DNA of 64,000 nt from Ylistrum balloti (taxonomy: Eukaryota), in the NCBI RefSeq assembly GCF_031769215.1, contig NW_026782002.1, positions 62,001 to 126,000 on the forward strand. The letters are read 5' to 3'. Below are positions 25,201 to 38,600 of the stretch, in pieces. Positions within the stretch are counted from its first letter, which is position 1; each line of letters begins with the position of its first letter. Both the position numbers and the translations under genes were made by a program. A model generated the notes under the pieces. The model searched no databases and was not told where the DNA came from. It worked only from the letters and a program-made list of their open reading frames with translations.

Positions 25201-28200
25201 TGCTGCTTGAACATGCACATGCGAACTGACACAACTTGAGGCCCCAACTCTGTATTACATGTTCTCAGTATATATGGACCACGGGATGTGTATTGCCCGA
25301 GTGAATCTGTGTTTCACTTTACATTTTGATAAGATAATCACATCAAGACTCTCAGAATAATTGTAAGAGTCATAGAGATTTTAACAAACATTAATCTGTT
25401 GTCATATGCCTCAATCTAAACTCTCAATACTGATATGTCAATACTACATTTTAACTTCTGCCAATACACAAGTAGACAAACACCTTTTAAGGAGCTATGT
25501 TGACATGGTTTCCTCATTTTGATATCCATCATGATGAAGAACTAAATAAAAAAAATCTTGTGATTTTCTAACAGTTAATTAACATGTATTGCAGTACAGT
25601 GTGCAGTAATTTATAATTTGATTCAGAAAGTAGTATGCCATTAGCGATCAGTAGTTTCCTGTCTTGCTAGGAAGCATTTAAACTTTGTCAAGATCTTGGG
25701 CAATGTTGACTCTGATAGTTCAAACTCTTAATTTATTTTCACAATCAGAATTTAGAATTTGTCCAAGGGGTTAGAAAATTTCTATTTAATTTTGTTTGGA
25801 CTTAATATTTACTGTACAGTGTATATTAATTCATGAAGTCAAAGTTAGAAGAGTTTATAAACAGAGGCTAAAACTATTGTCATGTGTGTTGTGACGTAAA
25901 CTGATCTTGATGCCATGTGAGTATTTTCCTTTATTTTCATCTTTCATTTTAAGGCATCACAGCTGAGAATGAAGAAAATGTTCAGTGGTGTGTGGAAACA
26001 AGTAACTTTGAGAAGAAAGTGCGGTCAGCATCTTGTGGTCTTTTCCACACCTTGTCAGGGACACATCAGAAAGTGATGTCTTTAGAAGAATATATCACAG
26101 CAGTCAAGAAAGTATCAGGGGGAGATGTTTTGGAGGAGAAAGTTCTTATAGCTGCAGGTAAGAAGATTTGGTTCAGATTATTGCATACTCACTAGAAGTA
26201 GGAGAAAAAAGGTAAAGGGACCTCAGGAGAACTTAACATGGAGGCCCTTAACTTTTACTATTGTTCTATAAATAATTCACAATCTTGTAACTTTCTGTTT
26301 ATTACAGCATAACTTTGTTATGATTTCATTGTTGTATCAATGTAAAGAAATCAAACACTGTTTAAATTTTTCTCTGATTATTGATTGTCAGTGAAAGCCA
26401 CACCTATTTTAAAATAATTGATTTTGGTTGGAAATTTGTTTTGTGTATTCTAAAACCAATTAAAATCCAAGAATATGCCTGTCCACAAAATGATAAGCAG
26501 ATAAATGTTAACGTAGTTTATAGTGCTTGACAATTTTGTGAGCAAGATTAATCCACAAAGTAAAGTGCTAACAAAGATAATTTTGGAAAACAACAACATT
26601 TTCAACTCACCAAAATATATGATTTTGCAGTATGTAAATAGTTAGTTATAAAAATATTACAGAAAATTTGTGTATCTACATGTTGATGGTGCCATGGGAA
26701 TTTTACCATTTAAAGAAAAGTATTATAAAAGATTGACAAAGGTAATGCCAGTTTATAGGAAATAATACTGCACTTTATGATAAAGAATTGATAAAGGCAT
26801 AATGATTGTAAAACTGTTATTTGACAATACCATTTTATCATTTTCTTTACACAATAATTCAATTAGGTAAGAAGATTGGTGACAACATCAGTGAAACAGA
26901 ATTTGCCAAAGTTTTATCAAAAAAGATTCAAGGAAAGATAACTCTGACATCGTCAGAAAAAGATTCCCAATCAGAAGAGTACAAAAAAGCTGGAATTATC
27001 AACAAGGTAAGGTCAAAATGTCATATGATGAAGTTCAGATAACTATGGAGTGATCAGATGAAGCAATTGTAATGTACACACTTTTCACCTAACCGTCCAT
27101 GGTTTGATTCCTGGAACAGAAGTGTAAAGGTAGGGGGGTCACTTATCTGACCACATGGGTTTTCCTGGTACTCTGGTTTCTTCCCACAGTAAGACCTCTC
27201 AGGTGCTTATATCTGGGCCTGATTAATATAATTTGCAATATCATGTTCGCAACTGTTGAAAAATGATTTTTCAAAAAAAACATTCAATAATTATGGGTAG
27301 CATTTTCCAGTTTGAAATTTAGGTATCTATCATACACTACTCGAAACTATTATGCCTAGAGATTTGAGAATATCACAGTACATGTGTTTTTCTGCATTGT
27401 ATAGGAACTAATTGAGACTGAATTCTATATCTTGTTTCCAGGTTATCAAGCATCCGAAAGCTACAGCCATGGTTCTTTTCGATGAGGCATTGGAATGGGT
27501 TTCTGATGAAGGTTTGAAATTTGGCTGGTCCCTTATTCCAACAAATCAGCTTTACTTGCTTGGTGTGTTTTTTCTGTACAGTTTCATATCAACAAAGCTC
27601 CTGTTTCTTGTTATCCCACTCATTGTATTTTACATTGCGATTACCATCATGGTTATCTCGACCTTACAAATGTTCTACAAGAGCAAGAAGTTAAGGGACG
27701 CTACTGCAATGGCAAGCATTCTCAAGAATTATGATGTAGGAGTAGATGTTGATGATACAAAGTCACAGTACTCATGGAACTCGTTAACACCATATTTGGT
27801 GTATTTTGGTGCCTTACCTTTTTTGATAGTTAGCTTTTCATTGGCTAACAAATTATTCATACCCTGCTCTGAATTGATGATACTCTCTGGCGTGTTGTCT
27901 GCTATTTGTTTTTCTGCGTTAAGTGACAGTCATGATCTTATCACACTGATGGCATTGGGATGCAACTTTCTCGCCTCGCTTCCCACATTTTTCCATGCAT
28001 TTCCTGACATACCGGTCATCACCCCGATCCTACACTTTGTAACAGGTTCGTTATTCTCTATAGAGCTTGGTTATGGTTTTTCTCTGAATTTCGGGATTCC
28101 TTCTCTTTCACACATTGTAATTGGTGTATTTTTTATCATCATGGCGATGCAGAAGTCCTTCAATGGTTTGTACCGGGTGTTGATTCCACACCTAATCTGT

Positions 28201-29202
28201 TACTTCTGGTGGAATTTCATGACGTCACTCTTTCCTTTTACGACCTGGACTGGATTAGCCCGTGCTGGTGTTGGCTATTTGTTTCTTCCTCTTCTCTTTC
28301 CGTTTATATTATTAGCCATTTTCGGAGGTTTTCTGTATTTCATTTATCGTCTTTTCCTCACAGAGCTTTTCGGGAAGGTTGTTATAGCTCTTCTGATGCT
28401 GTCTGTGCCAATTTTGTTAACACAGACTAAAGCACTCTTTGGGAAAAAGACAGATAAAAAGTATAAGAATGTCAAGACTATTGTCATGGTAATTTTCGGT
28501 GTTTTAGCTTTCATCCCTCTAGCCTTTATTCGGCTACCAAGTTTCAAATCAAAGGGGAAATTAAATCTTTCTTGGGAAGACTACAGCAGTATTTGTGTTG
28601 ATGGACTAACGAGCAACACAGCACCAAATCAAATGCTGTGCAGTCATTTCATTGGCCAGAAAATTGTATGGGAGGGAACATTTGTCGGTTCAAAGGTTAC
28701 AAAGATTGAAAATAGTGTTGCACCATTACTGAGTAGCTTGCCAGGATTTATTGCAGAACAACTTCGCTGCATATACGGAGAAGAATTTGGAGACTGTGAT
28801 TCTGATGAAATCACAGAAAAGGAACAACAAATTTGTCAGCTGATGAAAGGGGCAGGGAGAGACTGTCACTTGAAGAAACATGACACTTTCTCATTTCTGG
28901 TCAATGTAGAAATGCCAGACTCTGTGATGCTTAATTTGGATGCGGGCGATGGATTTAAAGCAACAGTTGCTGCTTTAGAAGCTGAAGACAAAGTCAGAGT
29001 TACAGCAACTCTTCATGATGGCTTTGGGACAAAAGCCTTACATCTGAAGCTGAAACATATTAGTTGTCTGAGCAGAGAGCTGCCAGTCATGGAAATGATT
29101 GAAGAAGAAGATGATGATGAAATCATTGAAAAAGCCATGAATGAAGCTGTCACTGTTGCATTTAATTTCTTCTGGTATCCTTTGGTTGAATATACTCCTT
29201 AG
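22240..29202 (+). CDS. WFS1: Wolframin (ER multi-pass membrane glycoprotein), 792 aa, 5 coding exons
   Basis: Exons 22240-22306, 23894-24100, 25954-26157, 26867-27006, 27442-29202; total 2379 nt with consistent phases. N-terminal Sel1-like segment (AIHWLVQASKQGNDDATKKLGKCL..GITAENE), multi-TM block (YSWNSLTPY, IPCSELMILS, LIPHLICYFWW, GLARAGVGYLF), luminal C-terminal region (LSWEDYSSIC, CSHFIGQKIVWEG, LRCIYGE, CHLKKHD) and terminal VAFNFFWYP all match wolframin. Confidence 0.95.
24385..24625. repeat. Degenerate tandem repeat (aggttcatttgac core) in a WFS1 intron
   Basis: aggttcattt/aggttcattc/aggttctttt recurs about five times at ~35-45 nt spacing. Confidence 0.55.
27085..27235 (+). mobile_element. 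tRNA-derived SINE relic (V-domain-like core)
   Basis: B-box-like GGTTTGATTCC followed by catgggttttcctggtactctggtttcttcccacagtaagac, resembling the gtgggtttcctccgggtactccggtttcctcccaca SINE core. Family assignment is from memory and needs Dfam/Repbase. Confidence 0.5.
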
Positions 29203-32200
29203 TTTCTCAAGGCCAAAAGCACATATAGGAATATAATACCTAGAAAACAGCAATATACTGCCAGTATAAGTTACCAAGTTTTGCTGGCATTACTTGAATT
29301 ATAGTGAATCTAAGGATATTTAGGGCAGCCTAATATACCTAATTCATGTAGATTTTAAAAAGCAAAATCATAATATTTCAGAAATCTGGGTTACCTTATT
29401 CAGGATTTTTGATGTTAGTAAATTAAAAATCAGGTGATCTTTTGTCAGTTAATCAGGATCATTACCTGTCATCATCGAAGCTAGATATGCAAACGAGAAA
29501 TTTGTAGAGGTAATGTCTCTGATTATTTTCATTCGCCAGTGAAATGTCATGTTACATCTCAATTAGAGTAGTTAGTTTTCTTTCACAAGCTAGCTGGGCT
29601 ATAGTTTATTAAGTGGGTTGTATTAATATATATGTCTTTTCATTGTATGCTAAATGCATGCTGGGTATGTAATTTTCACTAGTCAGTTCTTATGTGTTAC
29701 TGGTATACTGTCAGAACAAGAGAGATTTAAGCAAAGATGTGAGCAAAGTACCTTAACTTTGATTTATTTTACATGGTTAAAAAGAGGAGATTGTTTTTGA
29801 TATCAGAATTTAATTAATTCAGACATCAGTGCACTGAAGAAATGAATGGTCAGCTGTCCTTGAATTTTGATCTGAAGTTTGGATGTAATCCCTGTAATTC
29901 TGATGCTAAGTTGACTTTTAATTTTTGTTTTTATATCAGTTTTTAGATGGTATTCCTCATAGCCAGAGTTAGTATTTGTCAATATGCAGTGCTGGCCTTC
30001 AATTAAAGATAAAGGAAACCAGTGCACAAGCTGTTATCATCAAGACGAGTTCTTATTTTACATAGAGAAAATAGCATTTTTTTTGGTAATGGTACTCAAC
30101 AGCAATACATATTAGTGGGTTTATGACTAGGTATTGGCTTACTGGCAGATAATTTTGGAAGTTTATTTTGAAAGAGCCAAGGTTTATCCTACTTTTTTTT
30201 TTTTTTTTTCTATTTTTCTTTTTGTATTGTTTTGAAGTATTTTGTATTAAGGACTTGATTAAATTGCCTCAGACTGATACCTTTGTTTGATAAACAAATC
30301 ATGTTTTGTTTTAATGATTTTTGTATACGTTTAATTAATTTCTGTATGAAAGTATCAAATAATATATTTCATATTTCGAAATTGCATGTAAAATTATTAA
30401 ATATATTTTTTAGATATTGAATTTTTGGGAAAAGTCTGGTTAAGAGATGTTTCAGTGATTAAAATGTCGTATCTATGCAATTATGAACCCTTTGTATAGC
30501 ATTTCAAGATGCTGAAATATTGTGATCAATGTCTCTGTATGAACTAACAAAGTCTTAAATATTTCATTTTTATTTACTTGACTATGTGTACATGAACACA
30601 ATGCCTTTACTTTTCTCAAATACAAAAAAAAAATTGTCTCTTTTTGCATACTTTATATGGGACCCATCGTCTTCGACCTAATGTCTAAATTTCTCCTCAA
30701 GATGTCTATATAATAGGGACCCACTGTCAAAAAATTTTCCAGATTACATTTTATCTAAAAATACATCAAGATTTAAAGTTTCAAGTCACAAGAGTAAGAT
30801 TTCTTGAAATTTTTTTTTATGTAAAAGTGACATGCTTTATCTTGTTTTGTATACATTATTGTATATTTAAATAAATAAGTGGGGATTATTGTATATTATT
30901 TACCTGATGTTTTTATCAAATTCATTTGCAATTTTTGTGATATTAATCTAAGTTTTATAGATTTTCAAACCTAAACCTAGCATGGTGAACTAAAATGAAG
31001 GGGTATAACTCAATACAGTGTTGAAAGACCTATGCATATTTGTATCAGTAAGCAATGTAATATATGACAGCCACATTGCACTATCAGCAGGAATGTTTAG
31101 AAGGTGGAACTGAGGGATATTTAAGATTTTTTTTTAGATATCTGGCTGTATTCAGTTTTATTGTTTCTGAAACTTTATAGTTTTGAATACTCTTTTTACA
31201 TCTATTAACATATAATTTTCATATTTTTTATGTGATCATGTGTGATTTTAAGCAACACATCTCAACATGTACATATCAGGCCTACATTTTTATACATATA
31301 ATCATATTATTTTACTATAAATCTGAAAGTATATGTACAAATACAAAGGAATCTCTTATTTGTGTTAAGAATTTTGGCTGTAGAGATTAATGAATAAGTG
31401 AAACATTTTATACCATTTAATGGATATATTTAAAGTATATAAATACATTTTATAAAATACTCAATAATCAAGATTTAATCATGATATTAAGTTATAAAAA
31501 AATATGATTTCAAAATATATGGGGCTTCAAGAAATATAATATCTGCATTTAAGTACCAGGATAATAACTACCATGTCTTATTTGTAGTGGATATTTCAAC
31601 AGTTCAAAGATTGTACTGACAGTAGTGGGGACAAAGTCACTTGTTTGCTTTGAAATAAGATTTATTTCTATTGGACACTGGTTTGATCTCATTTAATTCA
31701 TACCAAAGTTGTGATGTTAGAAATGAGACCAAAATCAGTTTTGTAGATGTCTTTCTTTTTTAACTGATAAATACTGATTTGTAAATATAATTTGTGATGT
31801 TAACAATTCAAAAGAGAGATCCTAGATACTGGGTTTCTCGTTTTCGGTGTTTAGACATCATGATACTGTAAAAGGCTCAAATTTTGTGGTTTTCATTGGC
31901 GTTTTATTTACTGGATAAACAGTGCTCATAAAAATCTACTTATTCTGAAAATTCATGTTAAGGATTTTCTGTTTATCATTTTGTGGACATGAATTTACAG
32001 ATTTTCAGCATTACTCATGAAATCAATGACAATAAAATACCCATCAAAATTAATTTTTTAACAGTAAATGACAAACTAAGATAAAAGAATACAATGATGT
32101 GTTTCAATTTTGTTGCATCTTCTTAAGACCTGTCTAATAAGTTGTAACATGTGTACAAAGGCCACAAGATTTCTTCTTTAAAATTTTGCAAATGATGTAC

Positions 32201-34399
32201 TCCAGTCATAGATATGCAGCCATTAAATTAAAATAAATATTTTTTTTTAACAGGGAACTGAAGGAACAAATCAAATTCTACAGTATGAGATTGTATTGAT
32301 TTAATGACAGGTTCATAGTATGTGTATAGACAGAACAGAATGACCAGTTATTTTGAACTTCTAGCTATTAGACCAAGCACTTGCTTAGAGTTAGATGACA
32401 TACTACCTGAAAATTTTTTCTCCTGTTATGACAAATATCAACTTTGCCTGCAACCATTGTAAACATGACCTGTCATACTTGTCCCACAATGTCCATGGAT
32501 ATTTTTTTCTGCTTCTTAACAAGCCTATGCGTTTCATTTTCAATACTAATTTTTTTTATTTCTTCGTCATTTTTCTGATAAACAGTGACAATGTTTATTA
32601 TTTGTGTTATTTACTTTGTTGGTTCAGGATATTTCTCATTGGCTTTTTACATTTGTTTCTTTAAGTTTTAAACCTAACTACTTTCACATATAATCGATAT
32701 ATATATATATATATACATATTCATATATAAAGATGTAAATTATACATGATGATATTAATATATTGACTTACCCTGTTACACATTTTATTGCTATTATAAA
32801 TATATATCCAGCACATTGTTACTGTAGTCCAGAACCTTACACTTCCTTATGTATATGGATTGAAATTTAAGCAAAATATCAAATTGTTTAAGTGTTTTAA
32901 TATGTTATATACATATTGATTCAACATTTGTGATAAAATTTAATAGGTTTCAGATGGATTGTTACAATTTTATTTACAGAAAATATTGCGTTGTTTAATT
33001 TTTTATGACATTGAAAATGTCGGCTGTGTAAATTTCTTTACAAGTTCATGGTCATAAATGTTGTCAAAAAATATTTAAAGGTTTTTATATCAAAATTTGC
33101 AAACTTGTTGCTTTATGCTGGTATTCCAGTAAATTTTCCACGATCAATGCATAGCATGTTACAGATAACGGATATAGTAAATGTATTTCTAGTTTTACAT
33201 ATTTAAAACAGTCTTTCTGCTTTAGTACTAACATTACTGCAATATTAATGTGATGTATGATCAAAGTTCATAATTAACATTTTGTTCTTTAGCAGAGCTA
33301 TTTTCAGAAAATAAAAGATTTCAGGATTTCAAACTGGAGTTTTAAATTTCTTTAAATAGTATTTGGTTATACAGATGCAAAAACTGTTGAAAATTGAAAT
33401 GCTTATGATGAACCAAAAGTATACTTTTGCATCATGCATACCTGGTAGGAGTATGTATTCTGTCCCATTTCATCTTTTCTTGATATTACATGGCAGATTT
33501 AGACCTTGTGTTATTAGGTACAATATCTACAGATGAATATCTCAAACATACTGATCTAACAGGATCCAGTTTTATTGAGCATCAACAGCATAAATGAAAG
33601 TAGAAATTTTGAAATATTTTTTTTCGTATTTTGGTTTGATGTACACTTGTATTTTTTAGAATTTATTAATCATTGAAAAGTTGCTCTAATTGTTCAACTC
33701 TCTTGGCCCTGGTCTCTTCAATGTGATCACCATGCCATAAACATTTGTCTTTAGCATCCTTAGAGAAAGAAGAAAGTATTTTTGGATAAATGACAAGTCT
33801 TGTATCCCAGAGGTCTGAGGAATGGGGTCAAATTGGGGAAATGAACAAATTTAAACATATTTCTGTAGAAATTATAGTATTTTATCCACATTTGGCCTGA
33901 ACAGTCCTTGATAAACTTGACTCAATTCTCCATACAGTTGGTCTTGAAATAAAGGTTTTTTATCAAATGTGATATAGAGCATGCTTGGGTAAAGGGGGGT
34001 CATTTTTGTATAAATGAAAGTTCGGACTCTTGAGGGCAGAATGGGAGGGGATGGGTCATAAGGAAAAATTATTTTAAAATCTTTGTTCAGATTATGGTAT
34101 GGTCTATTCATCCATCTTTGAACAATTTTTGGTTTTGATCAATGTTACTGGATTCCATGTGAATGTTCATCTTGATCCAATGTTACGTTTCTTGAGACTG
34201 ATCAGAAAAATGCCAACAAGGACCAGCTTTGACCAACAAAGAAAAAGTTTGGGCTTAATCTTCCACACTAGTATGATTTCAGTGTTGGTAGGGGACCAAA
34301 AATGTGCATAACTGTTTTGTTAATGCTATTTCTCATTGACTTCTTGATGGATCATTCTCAAATTTTAGATGTGGACTCCTTTTTGTTACTCATTATGCA

Positions 34400-34760
34400 T
34401 GATCAATTTTAGGGCTGGCCAGAATATTAAAATGGCTAACAGATGACCATTTTAGACTTGCCCATTGGGCTTGCAGTGCTCACCTTGTATATATGCACCA
34501 CCCAAATATCATGCCTCTAGGCCATTAAGTTCATGAGAAGTCATTTAAATGTTAACAAATCTGACCCTTTTGACCTTAGATACATCAAGGTCATTTCTTC
34601 TCGCCAACTTTGTTGGGCTTCATCCAAGGAACATACCAGCCAAATATCAAAACATTTGGTCATTTGGTTATTGAGAAGTTGGTAAAAGAAAAAAGTTCAC
34701 GATGGATAGGGGATGGAGGGACGAAAGATGAAAGATGGACACTGCGAAATGGCATAAGAT
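34400..34760. mobile_element. Relic of a non-autonomous interspersed repeat family (ATGG..CCAT hairpin, TGACCT words, gatgga/gacgga tail)
   Basis: AAAATGG-N11-CCATTTT hairpin, ccaaatatca words, tgacccttttgacctt and gatggatagggatggagggacg tail. Related segments lie at ~4595-4800, 12290-12510, 24250-24330, 39040-39460, 46330-46560, 55990-56200 and 56760-56960. Class (HINE/Helentron or MITE) is inference. Confidence 0.45.
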
Positions 34761-35680
34761 TACTTTGCCTTTCGGACCCAATGAACAAAAAATTAGTTAC
34801 AAGATCAATTAAATTCAGATTTCCTTTTGGTTCCACTTGGGACCTTGTGCATGCCGTTTTGTATTGAATCAAAAACAAAAAGCTATACCAGATGTTATTG
34901 GGAAAACAGCCGACACATTACCAGTATATTGAAGGTCATATAATGGGCACCAGGATCATACTGGGATCTTTTTGTTCCCTTTGGGTTATGTTTATGTAGA
35001 CCGTTGAAACTGTTGGAACTGGTTGGACCTGCAAGAAAAATGCCAGGTACAGATCTGGACCAAAGCAGGACTGCAGACTATTTGGCATATTTAGATTTAG
35101 GGGTCCAGCCATAACTGTCTAAAATTAACTTGCTTAATATCATTGGTTCTTATAATTCCAGCATAAAGTAGGGTCGGTGAACTCGCAAATTTCCGAAAGC
35201 ATTGTGCCATTATTACAAGTAAAAATCTTAGTTGTGTTATGCTCGACTGGATATTGTGTACAGTGGAATGATCCCAGACCACCTGAACCACTTCAACGAG
35301 GTTATGTGAAAGCAGCCTTAGTCCTGATAATTCTACGTATGTTACCTAAATGAGATGTAAATCTAAGAATTGTTAACAAGTTTATATTTCAACAATTTTA
35401 TTCAATATCATCAAACATAACAAACTTTAACAAGATTTCAAGATAACAATGGTTTCCTGTTAAAATTCAAAAGTTTAAAATCACTGTAACGGCAGATCTT
35501 CAGGTTTAAAAATTGGTACAGGCAACACATAACTGGTATAAAGACTATTTGAAAATTATCAGTTTGAAAGCAAACATCCTCATAAAAAGATGTAGTAAGC
35601 TGGAGAATTTATATAACAGGGCGTTCGCTAGTGTTGTAGCCTTGGTAAAGTTATTTTTGGGATGCCAATTCCTTTTTCCA

Positions 35681-38600
35681 TCATTCCATCCACTCGGTAA
35701 GGTCCATCTCTGGAATACTGCTACAAGTTGTTAACTGATTCCTGAAAGCAAATAAATTGTGAATGAAGATCAGGTTATTTAACAAATAAGCGATTTATCA
35801 AAAATCAGATTAATAAACTTTTTATCGACAAGATGTGATTTTGTTATAGAAATGTACTACGCAACAAGCACTTGTACATTATTTACAAATGTGTCAGGTG
35901 ATTATTAGATTGGGAACTAAAACCTGCATCTAATCCATAAATTTGTGTTTATTATGTGCAAGGTCATCATACTGCAACCTCGAAATTATCTTTCTGATCT
36001 CTCATTGAAATAGCTTGTTCATGCAGACGACATTTCCTATACCATCTCTCATCTCTTATTGATACAGTTTGATGACTGGTACTTGTCACTTATTAAAATA
36101 AGGTAACTTTAGCATGAACTTTGACCTTGTCCAAGGAAACAATGTACAAGCAATATTTCCTATACCACAATTGATAAATGTCATGATGGCAGAGCTTGTT
36201 GCATTATAAAGTTATGTCACTGTGACTGCTGTGCAATACTGAATGACTCGGGGAACAAGAATCGCCTATACCCAAATCCATCACCACCAATCCTCCCCTA
36301 TGTCCAGTTTGATAGACCCATCAATCACCACCAATCCCCATCAGTTGCCACCAGTCCCTCCCTCTGGCCAGTTTGATAGACCCCCATCAATCACCACCAA
36401 TCCTCCCCTATGTCCAGTTTGATAGACCCATCAATCACCACCAATCCCCATCAGTTGCCACCAGTCCCTCCCTCTGGCCAGTTTGATAGACCCCCATCAA
36501 TCACTACCAATCCTCCCCTATGTCCAGTTTGATAGACCCATCAATCACCACCAATCCCCATCAGTTGCCACCAGTCCCTCCCTCTGGCCAGTTTGATAGA
36601 CCCCTGTCAATCACCACCAATACTCCCCTCTGTCCAGTTTGATAGACCCCATCAATTGCCACCAGTCCCTCCCTCTGGCCAGTTTGATAGACCCCCATCA
36701 ATCACCACCAATCCTCCCCTATGTCCAGTTTGATAGACCCATCAATCACCACCAATCCCCATCAGATGCAACCAGTCCCTCCCTCTGGCCAGTTTGATAG
36801 ACCCCTGTCAATCACCACCAATACTCCCCTCTGTCCAGTTTGATAGACCCCAGTTAATCACCACCATTCCTCCCCTCTGTCCAGTTTGGGAGACCCCCAT
36901 CAATCACCACCAATCCTCCCCTCTGTCCAGTTTGATAGACCCATCAATCACCACCAATCCTCCCCTCTGTCCAGTTTGATAGACCCCCATCAATCACCAC
37001 CAATCCTCTCCTCTGTCCAGTTTATAGACCCCCGTCAGTCACCATCAATCCTCTCCTCTGTCCAGTTTGATAGACCCCAGTCAATCACAACCAATCCTCC
37101 CCTCTGTCCAGTTTATAGACCCCCGTCAATCACCACCAATCCTCTCATCTGTCCAGTTTGATAGACCCCCGTCAGTCACCACCAATCCTCCCTTCTGTCC
37201 AGTTTGATAGACCCTCGTCAGTCACCACCAATCTTCTCTGTTCAGTTTGATAGACCCCGTCAGTCACCACCAATCTCTCCCTTCTGCCCAGTTTGATAGA
37301 CCCCAGTCAATCACCACCATTCCTCCCCTCTGTCCAGGTTGGGAGACCCCCATCAATAACCACCAATCCTCCCTTCTGTCCAGTTTGATAGACCCCAGTT
37401 AATCACCACCATTCCTCCCCTCTGTCCAGTTTGGGAGACCCCCATCAATCACCACCAATCCTCTCCTCTGTCAAGTTTGATAGACCCCGTCAGTCACCAC
37501 CAATCCCTCCCTTCTGTCCAGTTTGATAGACCCCAGTCAATCACCACCATTCCTCCCCTCTGTCCAGTTTGGGAGACCCCCATCAATAACCACCAATCCT
37601 CCCTTCTGTCCAGTTTGATAGACCCATCAATCACCACCATTCCTCCCCTCTGTCCAGTTTGGGAGACCCCCATCAATCACCACCAATCCTCTCCTCTGTC
37701 CAGTTTGATAGACCCCCATCAATAACCACCAATCCTCCCCTCTGTCCAGTTTGCAGACCTCCATCAATCACCACCAATCCTCCCCTCCGTAAGTAGTTCA
37801 CTTACTTGTTACTCTGAACATGGAAAACATCCTCCGTTATCTGATCCATCCCGAAGTTTGTACACATAACTTTGGCAAGAGTCATCTTTCTTATTTCATC
37901 ACGTTTATCTGAAAAGAATTTCAATCATTAAAGGAAAGTGAATATTTGGTATTCAACAATGATATTTTTCTACTACAGTTCATGGGTGTCATTGAAATCC
38001 CAATGCATCAGTTAATCACTATTTCAGTTTTGTTAACACAATTCTTATGCCAATCAAATTCAAAATAACTGATAAGAAAGGGTACCTCACACTTGAAATT
38101 AAAATATGAAAATTTGCCATTGTTCTTGATCGTTAAATCTTTTACATGGATTTCAATAATTTTTTTGAAGGTAATAAACCTGTGACACTTAATTTTAAAT
38201 CATTCCTATTAGTAATTATTTCTGAATTTCCAAGTTTTGGATACGATTCATAAATGAAGTGACTTTTTACTAAAGATGCTATGTCCCAACTGAGGTCATA
38301 AAAAATCACAAGGTTTTGAACAGTTCAATTCATTGTTGGCACAGCTATTTTATTGTGGTAGAAACAGATCGCACAAATTGGTAGCTGTTGTATGCATTTC
38401 TTACACTCTCATCACTTGTTTCTGAAAAGTTACAAAAATAATGCATGCTATTGAAAACGGTGAAAGTGATGAATGCTCACCGAAAACCACTTTGTTGGAC
38501 ACAAAAGTTTCAAGAGAATTAACGCTGCAATTAAGGGGTTGCTGGCCCTGAATTTGGTACATTGCCCATGGTCTAAGTATGATTAATGTATACACCATGT

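Noticed and set aside
34885-35300. Three small plus-strand segments that could splice in phase
   Set aside because: Weak donors (gtcata, gttatg), no start or stop context, and no recognisable protein.
36794-37725. Pro/His/Ser-rich ORFs on both strands
   Set aside because: Translations of the intronic minisatellite; the peroxidase frame closes without them.
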